Under the pieces are notes generated by a model, which saw nothing but the letters and a program-made list of their open reading frames with translations, had not been told where the DNA came from and did no database searches. A stretch of 64,000 bases of DNA, from positions 64,001-128,000 of the IMG/VR virus record IMGVR_UViG_3300036832_001373; one strand, given 5' to 3'. The stretch comes from a virus. Below, piece by piece: positions 29,157 to 40,479 of the stretch (positions within the stretch are counted from its first letter, which is position 1; every line of letters starts with the position of its first letter). Both the position numbers and the translations under genes were made by a program.

Positions 29157-29900
29157 CTACCTTTCTCTGTAAGGCCAAGTTTCTTCTGTCCAAACAGAAA
29201 AAGGAATCTTATTGTCTAGTGACCACTTAGTAGCCTCTAGAAGCTTTAGTTTTACTGTTAAGTCTAACAACTTTCTTTTTGGCTTAATCTCAATAAGTTC
29301 TCTAGAGTCGTCAATATATTCAACTAATATATCTGGAATGTAGTGTTTTTCAACTCCTTCTAAAGAGTACGGAATTCTAAAAGGATTTATTTTAAATGTT
29401 CTCACGTTTTCATCATTATCTAAGTGTGCAAAAGCACGTAACTCCCAGGACGATTGATAATATATACGACCAGTCTTCTTAGAAAAATACCATCCTTTTA
29501 TCTTGGATGTCTTACCTCCTCTAATAAGAGCACCTACTGTACGATTCCAGTACTCCGGATCTTTTCTTAACTCTTCTTTTGTAGCATTTCTTCTCTCAAT
29601 TGAATGAGGAAGATTGAATCCACCTCTGGAATTTCCTTTTAACGACTCTGAAATCTTACCATCTTTATTACACTGAGAAGCTACGTAACTTTGTCTACAA
29701 TTGTAACATCTTCCACCCTTAAATCGATAAGTTAGTCCATAAAAAGTCAAGTCTTTACCGCAGCCTATACATTTATCTTCGTTTGTAAACATCATATGTT
29801 TTCTAAAATAATTCTCAACTGAGAAATGACGTTGAACTATATGTAGTCCTAAAGACTTCCAACTTTTGAAGTCTTTAGGACATTCTTTACAAGAGATCAT
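29157..29900 (-). CDS. TnsA-N/T4 gp4-like PD-(D/E)xK endonuclease with N-terminal zinc fingers
   Basis: YQSSWEL...LDND...IPY...HYIPDILV...LIEIKP; N-terminal CKEC...H...H and CIGC/CYNC. Confidence 0.8.
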   Translation of the reverse strand: MISCKECPKDFKSWKSLGLHIVQRHFSVENYFRKHMMFTNEDKCIGCGKDLTFYGLTYRFKGGRCYNCRQSYVASQCNKDGKISESLKGNSRGGFNLPHSIERRNATKEELRKDPEYWNRTVGALIRGGKTSKIKGWYFSKKTGRIYYQSSWELRAFAHLDNDENVRTFKINPFRIPYSLEGVEKHYIPDILVEYIDDSRELIEIKPKRKLLDLTVKLKLLEATKWSLDNKIPFSVWTEETWPYRER

Positions 29901-29930
29901 TGTCCTATCCTCTCTTACAGTTAACTAACT

Positions 29931-29958
29931 GTAAACGTTTGAGAAGATAGTTTCCCTA
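29931..29958 (-). promoter_or_regulatory. Conserved promoter-like motif TAGGGRAACTA-N7-RAACGTTWAC, copy 1
   Basis: Aligns without gaps to the copies at 53612 and 55233; all three precede endonuclease genes. Confidence 0.65.
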
Positions 29959-29964
29959 GGTTAA

Positions 29965-30144
29965 TCAGGCCGAGGGAGATGTAGAGGGATCTTTGATCAC
30001 TCTAACTCCAGGCGGCAATTTAGTACGATTGACTGTAGTTGGAATTGTAATCTTAGACTTAGGAGGAACCCAATATGAATGCTCATCGTCTGCTTTAACT
30101 GATACTTGAGCATCATTCCGATTGTAGATTGTAGTTGAGGTCAT
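29965..30144 (-). CDS. 59-aa stand-alone copy of the fibre N-terminal domain (absent from the ORF track)
   Basis: AGGAG SD; MTSTTIYNRNDAQVSVKADDEHSYWVPPKSKITIPTTVNRTKLPPGVRVIKDPSTSPSA aligns with the N-termini of three neighbouring fibres. Confidence 0.85.
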   Translation of the reverse strand: MTSTTIYNRNDAQVSVKADDEHSYWVPPKSKITIPTTVNRTKLPPGVRVIKDPSTSPSA

Positions 30145-30183
30145 AGTTCTAAACTCCTAAGTTGTGTTGTAGCTTTGAGATGT

Positions 30184-33100
30184 CTACTTTAATGCATAAG
30201 GAAATAGTGGATATATACCCGAGACAGCCGAGGTTGTATTCATAGTAATTGATCCTTCTCCACCAGCTGTACCATTCGTAACTGCAGTTAGAGTAGCTCC
30301 AAATTGAGCTAGAGGATAGGAAAACCCAGGAGCCGTAGGAGCAGGAGTTGTTGAGTTGTAATTCCAATTAATACCGTACCAAATATCACCAACCGAGTAA
30401 TACGTCGCTAGATCCGTTCCATTACCATCTCCTCTATGAACGTGTGATATGGTAGCACTACCAGAAGTAAATGTACCATACTCAAGTTGAGCAGGAATCC
30501 AAACTCCTGTCTTGATAATTATAGTATAACCAGTTAATGCCGTGTCTGGATTAAGATTTGAAACAAATGTCGAATTCCCAAGAGTATCAACTAGGATATT
30601 ATTTTGCTGCTGAGTAGTTACAGGCACATACCCACCGCCACCACCAACGTTCGCTCCTACTATAGTAACAAGAAAGATGGTTCCAGTATTCTGATGATAT
30701 AACAAATCTCCAGGAGAGAGTTTAAAAGCACTACCGGAAACCATCAAAGATTGATCAAAGTGGAAAGTCATCGTATCAGCATTACCAGGATACGTAACAG
30801 TACCGCCTCCACCTACTGTAGTCATATCTACGAGGTACTCTACTGGTACAGCCATATTCCACAAACGATATTGACTATCTTGATATAGATAACTTGCTTG
30901 ACTCATTTGTCGTCTAGATAGAGAAATCGATCTATTAATGATACTATCATGTATCAAAGTACCCTGAGTACTGGTAGGAGTCTGAAACCAAGTCCCTTTC
31001 AGATTATTAATCTGTAGACTTCTAGTCCCTCCTGGATTAAAACGACAAGGGCCAAGAATCATGCCACCGCAATAGTTCACTGCCTGTTGATGAACTACGT
31101 CCTGAGTCTGGAGATTTCCTAATCCATTGATAGCACTCTGCCAGCTACCTCCATTAATTGTGAGGAAACCATATTTATCATTAAGAGTAGTTATCCGCGA
31201 GTAGCCATTAACTATTACGTTAGTTAAGATCACATCAGCAGAAGCTGACATCATGGAATGTGGGATGCACCCATGCCCGTTGTCCTCATTAAAACCAAAC
31301 GTACAATCGGAGACGTGCACGGCTGATGTAAAACTACCTCCAGAAAAATCACCAAGTCTTACTACGTCTTCGACATAAATATGAGAGATTTTTACAGGGC
31401 CTGCAGTCCCTAGATACAAATCAGCAATGTTATATCCCTGTCCTCCAGCGTTATTTTCTATAGGACCATATATACCTCCTCCCTCAGCACCAAACTTGTT
31501 GTTACATATAAAAGTATGGCAGTATTGCCACATATTATTTCGAATTTCTACAGACCTTGATTGTGTGTTGGCTATGCAAATGGCATATGGCGCACATGTT
31601 ACAGTACAATCACGTATATGAGTAAAATCTGCGTTTCCATCTCCGTTAGGTTGATTTACAATATCAACTCCAAAACCATCAACCTCAGTTTCTTCTATAT
31701 GAACTTGACTAGAAGACCATGTAGGAATGGTACCCCCTCCCCAATTACCAGGAGTCGTCGCATTACCTCCAGGAGTGGTTGAAGGAGTATAAGTAAACTG
31801 CGTACCATTTGAAAGAACATTGCAGTTATATATGCCATTATAACTGCTAGGAACAGCATTAATTATTTGCAGCCATGTTGGTACAGCTGAAAGACCATGT
31901 GGATTCACAGCCGTAGCAGTCGCTGTAGTCCCAGATATAGTAATAGAAGACAAAGCAGCAGTAGCCCACCCATTTGGGTGATTATACCCTCCAGATATAA
32001 CCCAAGCTGGGAGAGTTCTTGGTGGGTAGTTATTTGCTTGGGGAAATGCGCTGTATGCATCAACAGCAATCCCTGCATACGGAGCATATCTAGATATACC
32101 ACCTCCATTGGTACCAATTGGGATCAGCTCTGGAGCTAACCAGTCATTTGCATTACCAGAATGGTTAAATCCCTGAGCCTGAGAACCTACAGCAAAGTTT
32201 GCATTTACTCCTACAATAGTAATACCTTTAATACCACTATGTCGTGAGCCTTGGATATTAACAGCAGGTCGATCCGTCTTAGTAGGATAAAAAACTGGAG
32301 CATTACCAATTGTAGCAGAAAAATTAGGTCTATAAGTACCAATCAATGTTATATCATACGCGTTGTTACCCCAACCAACGTGTAAAGTATCATCAATTCT
32401 ATATTTTCCATAAGGAACCTTAACTACTGAACAACCATTCTGCATAGCAAAATCTAATGCTTGTTGGAACATAGGTGCATTATCTGTTCCTTGAGTTATA
32501 CTATTATATACCGTAAACGAAACAGTTCCTGATGCAGGCATATTTCCATCAAGAGTTATGCTATTAGCAGTAGGCTTACTTTGAACAATCCTAGGGACTT
32601 GTGGAGCTAATGCTGAACCTTTTGACGCATAATTAACAACCGCAAACTGCTGATTTACGTATATGCCAGATGCATCAGCTGCTCCATTCCTCTGAGTTAT
32701 TCCTGTTATCGTTGGTGAGTTAGCAGTAGATGTCCCAGTCCACTGTCCTGCACTAAATACCTGAGTGGAATAACCATCTCCAATGGTTCCAAACTCACCA
32801 GCATTGACAGGGTTCCTTGAATAGACTGGAGTCCATATTTTACTATCTACCGTAACTTCACCATATAGTCCAGTTGCAGAAGTTGACTTTTTATAAAGTA
32901 ATGGAGTAGCTTCAAGGCTAGCAGCTGGAGGATAAGTTCCTGTACGTGCTCTTACATACACATAGTTATATGTGGATGCAATAGTGACACCAGGAGTAGT
33001 AAAAGCTGAGTAAGTATCAAAATTTAACGTGTCAACATTACCTATGCCAGCAGGTCCAGTAGCTCCTGGAGTTCCTGAAGCTCCTGGAACCCCAGAAGGA

Positions 33101-33771
33101 CCAGTAGGTCCAGGAATTCCTGGAGTCCCGACTCCAGAGGGACCAGTAGGTCCAGGAGGCCCTGTAGCTCCTGCACTAGCTGCAGTTCCTGGTATTCCTG
33201 AGGGGCCAGCAGATCCAGTAGCTCCTTGAACTCCAGTGGATCCGACTGGACCTGGAGATCCTGGAGTTCCAGATGTTCCAGGAGCCCCAGTAGCTCCAGC
33301 TGCTCCGGTAGGACCTGCTATACCAGTAGCTCCAGGAGGACCAGTAGCTCCAGACGCTCCTGCTGCTGATACAGTTCCAGGTATTCCTGAGGGACCAGAT
33401 GCACCAGTAGCACCTGGTGCTCCCTGAATTCCTATAGGACCCATTACCCCCTGAGAACCTTGAGGTCCAGTAGCTCCAGTGACCCCCTCAACCCCAGCTG
33501 GACCAGTAGCTCCTTGAGCTACAGCAGTTCCAGGTATTCCCTGAGGACCAGTAGGTCCTGTAGCTCCAGTATAATCTGGAGGTTTCTGAACGCTAGGGCC
33601 AGTAGCTCCGTCAGGATCTCCTGGATCTGCTACCCAAACACCTGTAGGTAAAGTACTAACAGTAGTTGGTATAGTAGTATAAGCATTGGCGGCAATCCAA
33701 TAGATTTGCCCATCGTCACCATTAATCGCCACTTGATAGTTATTACTATTGTATAACGTAGTGAAGTTCAT
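30184..33771 (-). CDS. Collagen-stalked tailspike/depolymerase-like protein
   Basis: Shared N-terminal domain, about 180 aa of G-X-Y repeats, then a pectate-lyase-3-like beta-helix start (FGTIGDG...TDNAPMFQQALD...VPYGKYRI). Confidence 0.8.
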   Translation of the reverse strand: MNFTTLYNSNNYQVAINGDDGQIYWIAANAYTTIPTTVSTLPTGVWVADPGDPDGATGPSVQKPPDYTGATGPTGPQGIPGTAVAQGATGPAGVEGVTGATGPQGSQGVMGPIGIQGAPGATGASGPSGIPGTVSAAGASGATGPPGATGIAGPTGAAGATGAPGTSGTPGSPGPVGSTGVQGATGSAGPSGIPGTAASAGATGPPGPTGPSGVGTPGIPGPTGPSGVPGASGTPGATGPAGIGNVDTLNFDTYSAFTTPGVTIASTYNYVYVRARTGTYPPAASLEATPLLYKKSTSATGLYGEVTVDSKIWTPVYSRNPVNAGEFGTIGDGYSTQVFSAGQWTGTSTANSPTITGITQRNGAADASGIYVNQQFAVVNYASKGSALAPQVPRIVQSKPTANSITLDGNMPASGTVSFTVYNSITQGTDNAPMFQQALDFAMQNGCSVVKVPYGKYRIDDTLHVGWGNNAYDITLIGTYRPNFSATIGNAPVFYPTKTDRPAVNIQGSRHSGIKGITIVGVNANFAVGSQAQGFNHSGNANDWLAPELIPIGTNGGGISRYAPYAGIAVDAYSAFPQANNYPPRTLPAWVISGGYNHPNGWATAALSSITISGTTATATAVNPHGLSAVPTWLQIINAVPSSYNGIYNCNVLSNGTQFTYTPSTTPGGNATTPGNWGGGTIPTWSSSQVHIEETEVDGFGVDIVNQPNGDGNADFTHIRDCTVTCAPYAICIANTQSRSVEIRNNMWQYCHTFICNNKFGAEGGGIYGPIENNAGGQGYNIADLYLGTAGPVKISHIYVEDVVRLGDFSGGSFTSAVHVSDCTFGFNEDNGHGCIPHSMMSASADVILTNVIVNGYSRITTLNDKYGFLTINGGSWQSAINGLGNLQTQDVVHQQAVNYCGGMILGPCRFNPGGTRSLQINNLKGTWFQTPTSTQGTLIHDSIINRSISLSRRQMSQASYLYQDSQYRLWNMAVPVEYLVDMTTVGGGGTVTYPGNADTMTFHFDQSLMVSGSAFKLSPGDLLYHQNTGTIFLVTIVGANVGGGGGYVPVTTQQQNNILVDTLGNSTFVSNLNPDTALTGYTIIIKTGVWIPAQLEYGTFTSGSATISHVHRGDGNGTDLATYYSVGDIWYGINWNYNSTTPAPTAPGFSYPLAQFGATLTAVTNGTAGGEGSITMNTTSAVSGIYPLFPYALK

Positions 33772-33790
33772 ATCTTATTCCTCTTAACTT

Positions 33791-36700
33791 TTAGTAACCA
33801 GTACATTTATAACTGATAATATCACTTGCTGCAGCGTTAACTGAACGAACTGTGAGTGTAGCTGAGGTCGTAGTTGATGCAGTCTGTTGGAGAACCACTC
33901 CAGTAGTTGTCATATCATTTCCGTTACATGCGTATCCATTAGGAGCTGCAAGAAGTGAGGAAAGAATAATAGTTGAGGCTATGTTGCAGGCAGCTGTAGA
34001 GGTCCAAGTTCCTGCAGAAGAACTTCCAACGACTGTTACTCCTGTTGTACAGGTTCCAGTAGTCCCGACTGGAGCGGGATCGCTCATTGACTGAGCTACA
34101 ACCCAATTATTATTCGAATTACAAACAGCTGTCACTTTGTTTGTACCACCTCCAGCCACAACTGCTCCTAGAGCAGCAACTGTACTATCATTGATAGTAG
34201 CTCTTAGTCCTAGGTAATTTCCCCCAAAACAACCTGGCACTGCTGAGAACGCACTACCGTTATCACTCCAAGCAATTTGGACAAGCCATTGATTAACTCC
34301 ACTACAAACTGCTTGAACCCAATTTGAACCTCCTCCAGCTACGATAGTCCCTGGAACAATCGTTGTACTATCACTAACAACAGCTTGTAGCCCCACAGTA
34401 AAAGAACCGTTACATGTAGGGAGTGTAGAATACGCAACACCAGTACCTGACTCTATTCCAAGAATAGTTTTTATCCTACCATAGCCTATAGCTGGCAACG
34501 GTAGAATTGGCCAAGTCCCAGTTAACAAAGATGGTTGAGTTAGAGTTATAGTTGTTGATCCGACTGTATTTATTTTAGTACCTGGAGAAATTGGCCAATT
34601 AAAGTCTGGTTGAACATCACCTGCTAACTCAGTAACGGCATTTGCCCAAAAAGAGTCACCCACGTTAAAAGAGCCCGTTGGGTTGCCTCCTGTCGCTGGA
34701 TTTTTAATATTTGAAATAGTAGTTGATCCTTTTATGAAATCCCCAAAGAATAGTCTACCTGGAACCATCGTGTTAGTATGAACGAAATACGTATTCGGAT
34801 TTCCAGTTGGGAAATTTCCACTTGTTGCGCCACCTATAAAATTATTTCCTGTACAAGCACCAGTACTAGTATTTAGCTTCATATTATTCATTTGACGAGC
34901 AGTAAAAGTAACTGGACTTGTACCTGTTACACTTGTAATTACCCACGATGTTCCGGTATCAGAGTTGTACATCAAATCTCCAACACCAGCATTATAAATC
35001 TGATTGGCTGGATTAACGAATCCAGGGTCCATATTAAATGTTAGAACATCACATGAAGAAAACACTCCTGGTCCTGTTACAACCATTCCTCCTACAGCAC
35101 TTAAATCCTGAGCATTAGCTATCATTGGTCTTGCAGCAAAATTGACCTTATTACCTTCGTAATCTATTAAACCAGTCGTTGACTGAAGATACTGTATAGA
35201 ACTAGCAGTAAATGATAGATAATTCCCCATTTGTTGGAAACCAAGTGAAGTACCTCCACTAGATAACGCACTAGTAGTAGTTGGTGTCAACCAAGTTAGG
35301 TACTCATTAGGGGCTTGTGCTTGTACCATTCCAACATAAGTGTTACCTACAAATAATGATCCAGTAAAATTAACTGCCTGTTGCATAGCCATTGTTGGAA
35401 ATAGAGATGCAATATCTTGAGCACCACTCCAAGTTCCACCATCGATCTCCATATACGATCTTACACCAGCGGGTGTATGTAATACTGTCTGAATACGTCC
35501 CCAAGAATTTAGAGTACACTGTCTAAGAACTAGATTACTTCTCTGAGCAAATTCAATTAGTGCAGCTGGAGACACTCCAGTAGAGTGGTCATTGAAATTT
35601 AGATTACAATTCTCTAAGTGTACATCACCAGCAGGAGTTGCACCACCACCAAACGATCCAATTCTAACTAGTTGATCCGAGGTTATATCTTTACAATGGA
35701 TCCAACCTTGGACCTGCATAGCTCCAATTTGGAAGATTTGGTAGCTATTCTTAACATTTATATTGTCACACCAAGGAGTTAAATTACCTTGTTGTATACC
35801 AAAAGCATTATTAGAGATAACAGTAAAATTACCAAAAGCTGCAACATCTGTTATTCTGTTAGATCGAGACAGATCATGATTGATAGAAAAGCAGTAAGTA
35901 CTATACTTACACACAAAACCCTTAATGTATATTAAGTCACCACCATTATCAGAGTCAAAACTTCCTGGGTTAACGTTTGTACAAACTGCAAATCCTTCGC
36001 ATCGGATTTCCTCAACAGATATACCTGATGAATAGTTCTTATTGTATTGTGCCGTGCAAGGAGGAGAGTTGCATGTCCAAGATGGATAGCTTACAGGAGG
36101 ATACTGAGTTGTTTGACCTCCAGCTGTTCCACTTCCTGAATACGAATTAACACAGATTGCTCCGTAGGGAGAATATCGAGTTAGTCCTCCAGGATTCGAA
36201 CCGGTTGGAACTAAAGTTGGATCAAACCAACCAGCAGCCGTAGTAGGGTATGGAGGAGTTAAAGATGTCGAGCCAATATAACCTTTGTTTGCTCCAATGA
36301 TAGATATTCCTCGTATAGAAGAATTAAGAGCACCTTGAAAATTGAAAACACATCTATCAGTCTTAGTTGGCTTAAAGATAACTCCAGCTAGTAGATTGTC
36401 TGACATCATACGTCTATAGTTACAAGATGTAAAATTGATTGCAGTTTGTGATGGTATATCGTATCCATATCCAAGATGGATCGTATCAGAAGTAACATAA
36501 GCTCCATCATTGATACAAACAGTGTTAAAATGATACCTTAGAGCATAATCGATCGATAGCTGAATTACAGAAGTATCATCAGCAACACCATCCCCTATAG
36601 TACCAAACTGACATGTCCGAACTGGACTGGTGGCGTAGACTGGCTGCCAGAACGTACCGCCTTTATTAACTTCTCCAGGAACATTTGTTGCAGTAGTAGT

Positions 36701-37000
36701 ACCTTTCCTATAAGTCAGTGGACAAGCGTCTTTTGTCGTACCAGAGGTAACACCATTCATAGAAGCGATAGTTACATAACTAATACCATTAGGAGGAGCA
36801 ACAAAAGCAGATGGAGTATCGTAGACAACAGCATTACTAGCAGTACCAACTGATCCAAATGGAATAGGGCTAGGCTCAGCCGGACTAGCACCAGAGTTTC
36901 CACAAAGTGTATTAGGTGGAAATCGTCCAGTACATGTCTGTGCTGTAGCTGGTAAAGAAGCCAGCAGTAGAGCAATTAAACTAATTAGGACCTGTACCAT
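33791..37000 (-). CDS. Beta-helix tailspike-like protein with Sec signal peptide
   Basis: [22 protein letters not shown] leader; [22 protein letters not shown]; paralogous to 30184-33771 (PTKTDR, RYxPY); Cys-rich. Confidence 0.75.
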   Translation of the reverse strand: MVQVLISLIALLLASLPATAQTCTGRFPPNTLCGNSGASPAEPSPIPFGSVGTASNAVVYDTPSAFVAPPNGISYVTIASMNGVTSGTTKDACPLTYRKGTTTATNVPGEVNKGGTFWQPVYATSPVRTCQFGTIGDGVADDTSVIQLSIDYALRYHFNTVCINDGAYVTSDTIHLGYGYDIPSQTAINFTSCNYRRMMSDNLLAGVIFKPTKTDRCVFNFQGALNSSIRGISIIGANKGYIGSTSLTPPYPTTAAGWFDPTLVPTGSNPGGLTRYSPYGAICVNSYSGSGTAGGQTTQYPPVSYPSWTCNSPPCTAQYNKNYSSGISVEEIRCEGFAVCTNVNPGSFDSDNGGDLIYIKGFVCKYSTYCFSINHDLSRSNRITDVAAFGNFTVISNNAFGIQQGNLTPWCDNINVKNSYQIFQIGAMQVQGWIHCKDITSDQLVRIGSFGGGATPAGDVHLENCNLNFNDHSTGVSPAALIEFAQRSNLVLRQCTLNSWGRIQTVLHTPAGVRSYMEIDGGTWSGAQDIASLFPTMAMQQAVNFTGSLFVGNTYVGMVQAQAPNEYLTWLTPTTTSALSSGGTSLGFQQMGNYLSFTASSIQYLQSTTGLIDYEGNKVNFAARPMIANAQDLSAVGGMVVTGPGVFSSCDVLTFNMDPGFVNPANQIYNAGVGDLMYNSDTGTSWVITSVTGTSPVTFTARQMNNMKLNTSTGACTGNNFIGGATSGNFPTGNPNTYFVHTNTMVPGRLFFGDFIKGSTTISNIKNPATGGNPTGSFNVGDSFWANAVTELAGDVQPDFNWPISPGTKINTVGSTTITLTQPSLLTGTWPILPLPAIGYGRIKTILGIESGTGVAYSTLPTCNGSFTVGLQAVVSDSTTIVPGTIVAGGGSNWVQAVCSGVNQWLVQIAWSDNGSAFSAVPGCFGGNYLGLRATINDSTVAALGAVVAGGGTNKVTAVCNSNNNWVVAQSMSDPAPVGTTGTCTTGVTVVGSSSAGTWTSTAACNIASTIILSSLLAAPNGYACNGNDMTTTGVVLQQTASTTTSATLTVRSVNAAASDIISYKCTGY

Positions 37001-37986
37001 GCACCGCCTCCAGGCTTTGGGCTTACAATAACCCAGCCATAGTCATTACCAATAGTAATAGTTGAATCCCCATCACACTTCTCAGAAGAAGTAAATGCAA
37101 CCGTGATAGCTCCAGTACTAGCACTGCCTCGAAAGTCTTTAATCAACACTCCAACTGAGAAGGCCTCAGGAGCCATACTTGAAGCAAGTGGTAGTGTAAC
37201 TGTTGTAGGTGTTGTTGGTGGCGTGTTTACCAACACTCTCTGTACGTTCGTAGCAACTGTGTACGGTGAGGTAGTAATAGTTGCTTGGTTAAAATTGGAA
37301 CCAGGTCCAACTGGACCTGGAGGCCCTGAGGGTCCTGTAGGTCCTTGAGAACCTATAGGTCCTAGAGGTCCTGTAGCTCCTACCCCAGTTGGTCCCGTAG
37401 CCCCAGGAGGACCGAGAGGACCTTGAGATCCAAGAGCTCCTGTAGCTCCTTGAACTCCTGTAGGTCCTTGAGTTCCTAGAACTCCTGTTGATCCGGTAGA
37501 TCCTTGAGGTCCTAAAAGTCCTTGAACTCCTGTAGGTCCAGTTGATCCAGGTAAAGAAGGACCAGTAGGTCCAGTAGCTCCTTGAGTACTAGCTGTACCA
37601 GGAGGGCCAGTGGAGCCTGTAGCTCCTATAGTACTAGCTGGACCAGGAGGTCCAGTTGAGCCTGTAGCACCTAGAGAACCAGTTGCTCCAGAAATTCCTA
37701 CTCCTGTAGCTCCAGCAGGACCAGTAGGTCCAGTGGCTCCCTTATATTGTACTATACCTAAAGAGCCTGGAGGAACATAGGGACCAGTCGCCCCAGTAGC
37801 TCCCTGAACTACCCAGACACCAGGGGGAAGTGTACTTACAGTAGAAGGTATAGTAGTATAATCATTAGCAGTTATCCAATAGGTGTTACCATCGTCTGCA
37901 TGAATACCAACTTGGTAATCATTACTATTATAAAGAATAGTAGGAGCTTGTGTGCTAGTTAGATTTCTTAGAGTTGGTATGTTCAT
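36985..37986 (-). CDS. Collagen-like fibre protein
   Basis: Shared N-terminal domain, GAT/GPT/GST repeats, C-terminal TVTLP...IKD...DG...W domain. Confidence 0.8.
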   Translation of the reverse strand: MNIPTLRNLTSTQAPTILYNSNDYQVGIHADDGNTYWITANDYTTIPSTVSTLPPGVWVVQGATGATGPYVPPGSLGIVQYKGATGPTGPAGATGVGISGATGSLGATGSTGPPGPASTIGATGSTGPPGTASTQGATGPTGPSLPGSTGPTGVQGLLGPQGSTGSTGVLGTQGPTGVQGATGALGSQGPLGPPGATGPTGVGATGPLGPIGSQGPTGPSGPPGPVGPGSNFNQATITTSPYTVATNVQRVLVNTPPTTPTTVTLPLASSMAPEAFSVGVLIKDFRGSASTGAITVAFTSSEKCDGDSTITIGNDYGWVIVSPKPGGGAWYRS

Positions 37987-38000
37987 CTACCAAACCTCTA

Positions 38001-39299
38001 TCATAGAAGTTGCCAAGCAATTGTTGAGGTATCTGTAGTTGAAGATGATGTAACAGTAAAACTAGTTCCAACAGTACGACTTGAGACCCTCAACCATCCA
38101 GGCGTTCCACCATCTATCTGAGAAGTCAAGAATATATTAGAAGTAGATTGAACAGCAGTAGTGCTTACAACAGCAGTACCTCCAGACAATACAGCTGTTC
38201 CAATAGTACCGGAAGGTCCTGTAGCTCCTTGAGGACCAGTTGGGCCAGTTGCCCCTACTCCTGTAGCTCCTGTAGGTCCTCCAGACGGCCCCGTAGCTCC
38301 AGTTAAACCTGTTATTCCAGTCGCTCCTACCCCTGTAGCTCCTGTAGCTCCTATTCCAGTTGGCCCAGTAGCTCCAGTTGGACCTTGGACTCCTGTAGGT
38401 CCAGGAACTACAGACGACGCTCCAGTTGCTCCAGTTGGACCAGTACCTCCAAGAAAGCCAGTAGCCCCAGTAGCTCCAGCTCCAGTAGGTCCAGTAGCAC
38501 CAACTGGACCAGCAGGACCTATTGTAGTAGATGCTGCTCCAGTTGCTCCTGTAGCACCTACTCCAGCTGGTCCTGTAGCTCCAGTAGATCCAGCAATCGT
38601 AGAAGCAGCTCCTGTAGCTCCCGTAGGACCTACACCAGAGGGTCCAGTAGAACCTGTAGCTCCGACACCTCCCTGTAATCCTATAGGACCAATTAGACCT
38701 TGAGGCCCAATAGGACCTGTAGCTCCGGTTGATCCCTGAGTAGTAGCTGGACCTGGAGGTCCAGTAGCTCCAGTGGGTCCTAGTGGACCGGTAGCACCAG
38801 CACCAGTTGGACCAGTTGAACCCACTGGTCCCGGAGGACCGGGAGAACCAACCGGACCTATGGTACCACCAGGACCAGTAGCTCCTGTAGGACCAGTAGT
38901 CCCTACTCCAGTGGAACCTTTAGGACCAGTTGGACCTGTAGCCCCAGAAGATCCAAAAGGTCCAGTTGGACCATCAGGGCCTGTAGCTCCGGTAGCGCCA
39001 GCACCAGTTGGACCTGTAGCTCCAGAAGGACCAGGAGGTCCAGTAGCACCTATAGTATCAGCTGGACCAGGAGGTCCGGTAGCTCCAGTAGCTCCTGTGA
39101 AGAAAGGAGGTCCTGGACCTGTAGCACCGGTAGCTCCTGAGGGAGCATCGGCTATCCACACTCCAGTAGGGAGTGTAACTGAATCTACGGTAGCAGGTAT
39201 TACAGTGTAATCGTTAGCCTTAATCCAATATGTATTGCTGTCATCAGCAGTAACTCCAACTTGATAGTTATTACTATTATAGAGTACAGTTACATCCAT
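38001..39299 (-). CDS. Collagen-like fibre protein
   Basis: Shared N-terminal domain, about 300 aa of GAT/GPT repeats, small beta-rich C-terminal domain. Confidence 0.8.
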   Translation of the reverse strand: MDVTVLYNSNNYQVGVTADDSNTYWIKANDYTVIPATVDSVTLPTGVWIADAPSGATGATGPGPPFFTGATGATGPPGPADTIGATGPPGPSGATGPTGAGATGATGPDGPTGPFGSSGATGPTGPKGSTGVGTTGPTGATGPGGTIGPVGSPGPPGPVGSTGPTGAGATGPLGPTGATGPPGPATTQGSTGATGPIGPQGLIGPIGLQGGVGATGSTGPSGVGPTGATGAASTIAGSTGATGPAGVGATGATGAASTTIGPAGPVGATGPTGAGATGATGFLGGTGPTGATGASSVVPGPTGVQGPTGATGPTGIGATGATGVGATGITGLTGATGPSGGPTGATGVGATGPTGPQGATGPSGTIGTAVLSGGTAVVSTTAVQSTSNIFLTSQIDGGTPGWLRVSSRTVGTSFTVTSSSTTDTSTIAWQLL

Positions 39300-39313
39300 A
39301 GTTTAGATCTCTA

Positions 39314-39658
39314 TTATCCAACGATCCAATTAGAGCCATCCCAGAAGACAGGTATTAGAGTGTTACCTCCTCCAACAACTGGAGAGCCAAAAACTGGACT
39401 TAAAGCATCAGTTACAAACATCTTAGTTGCAGTACAAAGTGTAGTTGGTAGATTAGCTACGAGTACTTTTGGAAACTTCACTCCATTCAAAAAGAATAGA
39501 TTTGATAGTTGTTGAAGAGTAATCCTATACGTAGTAAAGCCAGTATCACTAGTTGAGTCGACCTGATTAATAATGATATAATCAGGGAGAGTCGTTGTAG
39601 CAGCTACGTCAAGATCTGAGACCTTAAGAAGAGCAGTTGGATATGCAAGACAGGTCAT
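39314..39658 (-). CDS. Short fibre/decoration protein
   Basis: C-terminal VANLP...FVTDA...VGGG...WDGSNWIVG module also found in other fibres here. Confidence 0.6.
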   Translation of the reverse strand: MTCLAYPTALLKVSDLDVAATTTLPDYIIINQVDSTSDTGFTTYRITLQQLSNLFFLNGVKFPKVLVANLPTTLCTATKMFVTDALSPVFGSPVVGGGNTLIPVFWDGSNWIVG

Positions 39659-40479
39659 TTATTAGTCTCCAAAGGAACTTGCTCCTCTGTTGCTATAGCA
39701 TTAGTATTCTCATCAGTTAACACGTAAACATTATTATCCTTTATCGGAGTATTGCTATCAATTATTATACCTACAATCTTGTAAGTTGGAGGACAAACTG
39801 GGGACCTATAGTTAAGATCGATATGGTCTATGCGCTTAACAGGTTCAGACTCTCCTAGAATACATCTACATTCAAAAGGCACCATTATTGAGAGAAGAGA
39901 CCCTCTACCTTTCAGTCTATCTGGTAGACTTGGAATTTTATCGTATCTTGGATTACCTATCTCAATCCTATAAGGAGATTGGGTATGAAGAATTTGAGAG
40001 TCATAGTGATATAAAGTGGACTTTTCCCTGATACCTTTACGGTACAGTCCATCGAACAACATTTCCGTATATTCAACTTTAAAATCATATACTCTAAGAA
40101 CATACAAAAGGATAGCTGGAACTACAGTCATTTGCCATTTAGATTGAACTGGCTCTCTTATATTGTTTGGATGAGTTGATAAAGCTGGATCCCAAGGACG
40201 AAGAGCGTGATCATATGTACGTTCTACTACTTCAGTAGTACTTCTGGAGAAGTAGGCAAATGGTAGGGTAATATTTCCAATATTCTCAGGATGTCTTAGT
40301 TGATAAAGATACGAGGCATAGTCCAAATCGTCTCTAGGAGAATAAATTACTTGACTAGGATCAATCCATATAAAAGGAGAAATATAATTTAATAAGTCGT
40401 ACATACGATATTCTAGTTCACGATTTATCTCACTCAGAGTGCTTAAAGCATTATCTCCAGAACAGGGATCGTTTGTCAT
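39655..40479 (-). CDS. Tail terminator/sheath stabiliser (gp15-like)
   Basis: Position between the neck and sheath genes; ITLPFAYFSR and C-terminal VKRIDHI motifs. Confidence 0.55.
   Translation of the reverse strand: MTNDPCSGDNALSTLSEINRELEYRMYDLLNYISPFIWIDPSQVIYSPRDDLDYASYLYQLRHPENIGNITLPFAYFSRSTTEVVERTYDHALRPWDPALSTHPNNIREPVQSKWQMTVVPAILLYVLRVYDFKVEYTEMLFDGLYRKGIREKSTLYHYDSQILHTQSPYRIEIGNPRYDKIPSLPDRLKGRGSLLSIMVPFECRCILGESEPVKRIDHIDLNYRSPVCPPTYKIVGIIIDSNTPIKDNNVYVLTDENTNAIATEEQVPLETNK

Noticed and set aside
28996-29193. 65-aa minus-strand ORF overlapping the sheath start
   Set aside because: It crosses exon 1 out of frame and runs into the intron core; no SD or nuclease motif.
37300-39130. 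9-nt periodic repeats (ccagtagct, ggaccagt) resembling a tandem repeat array or CRISPR
   Set aside because: Fully explained by GAT/GPT codons; there is no constant repeat with unique spacers.
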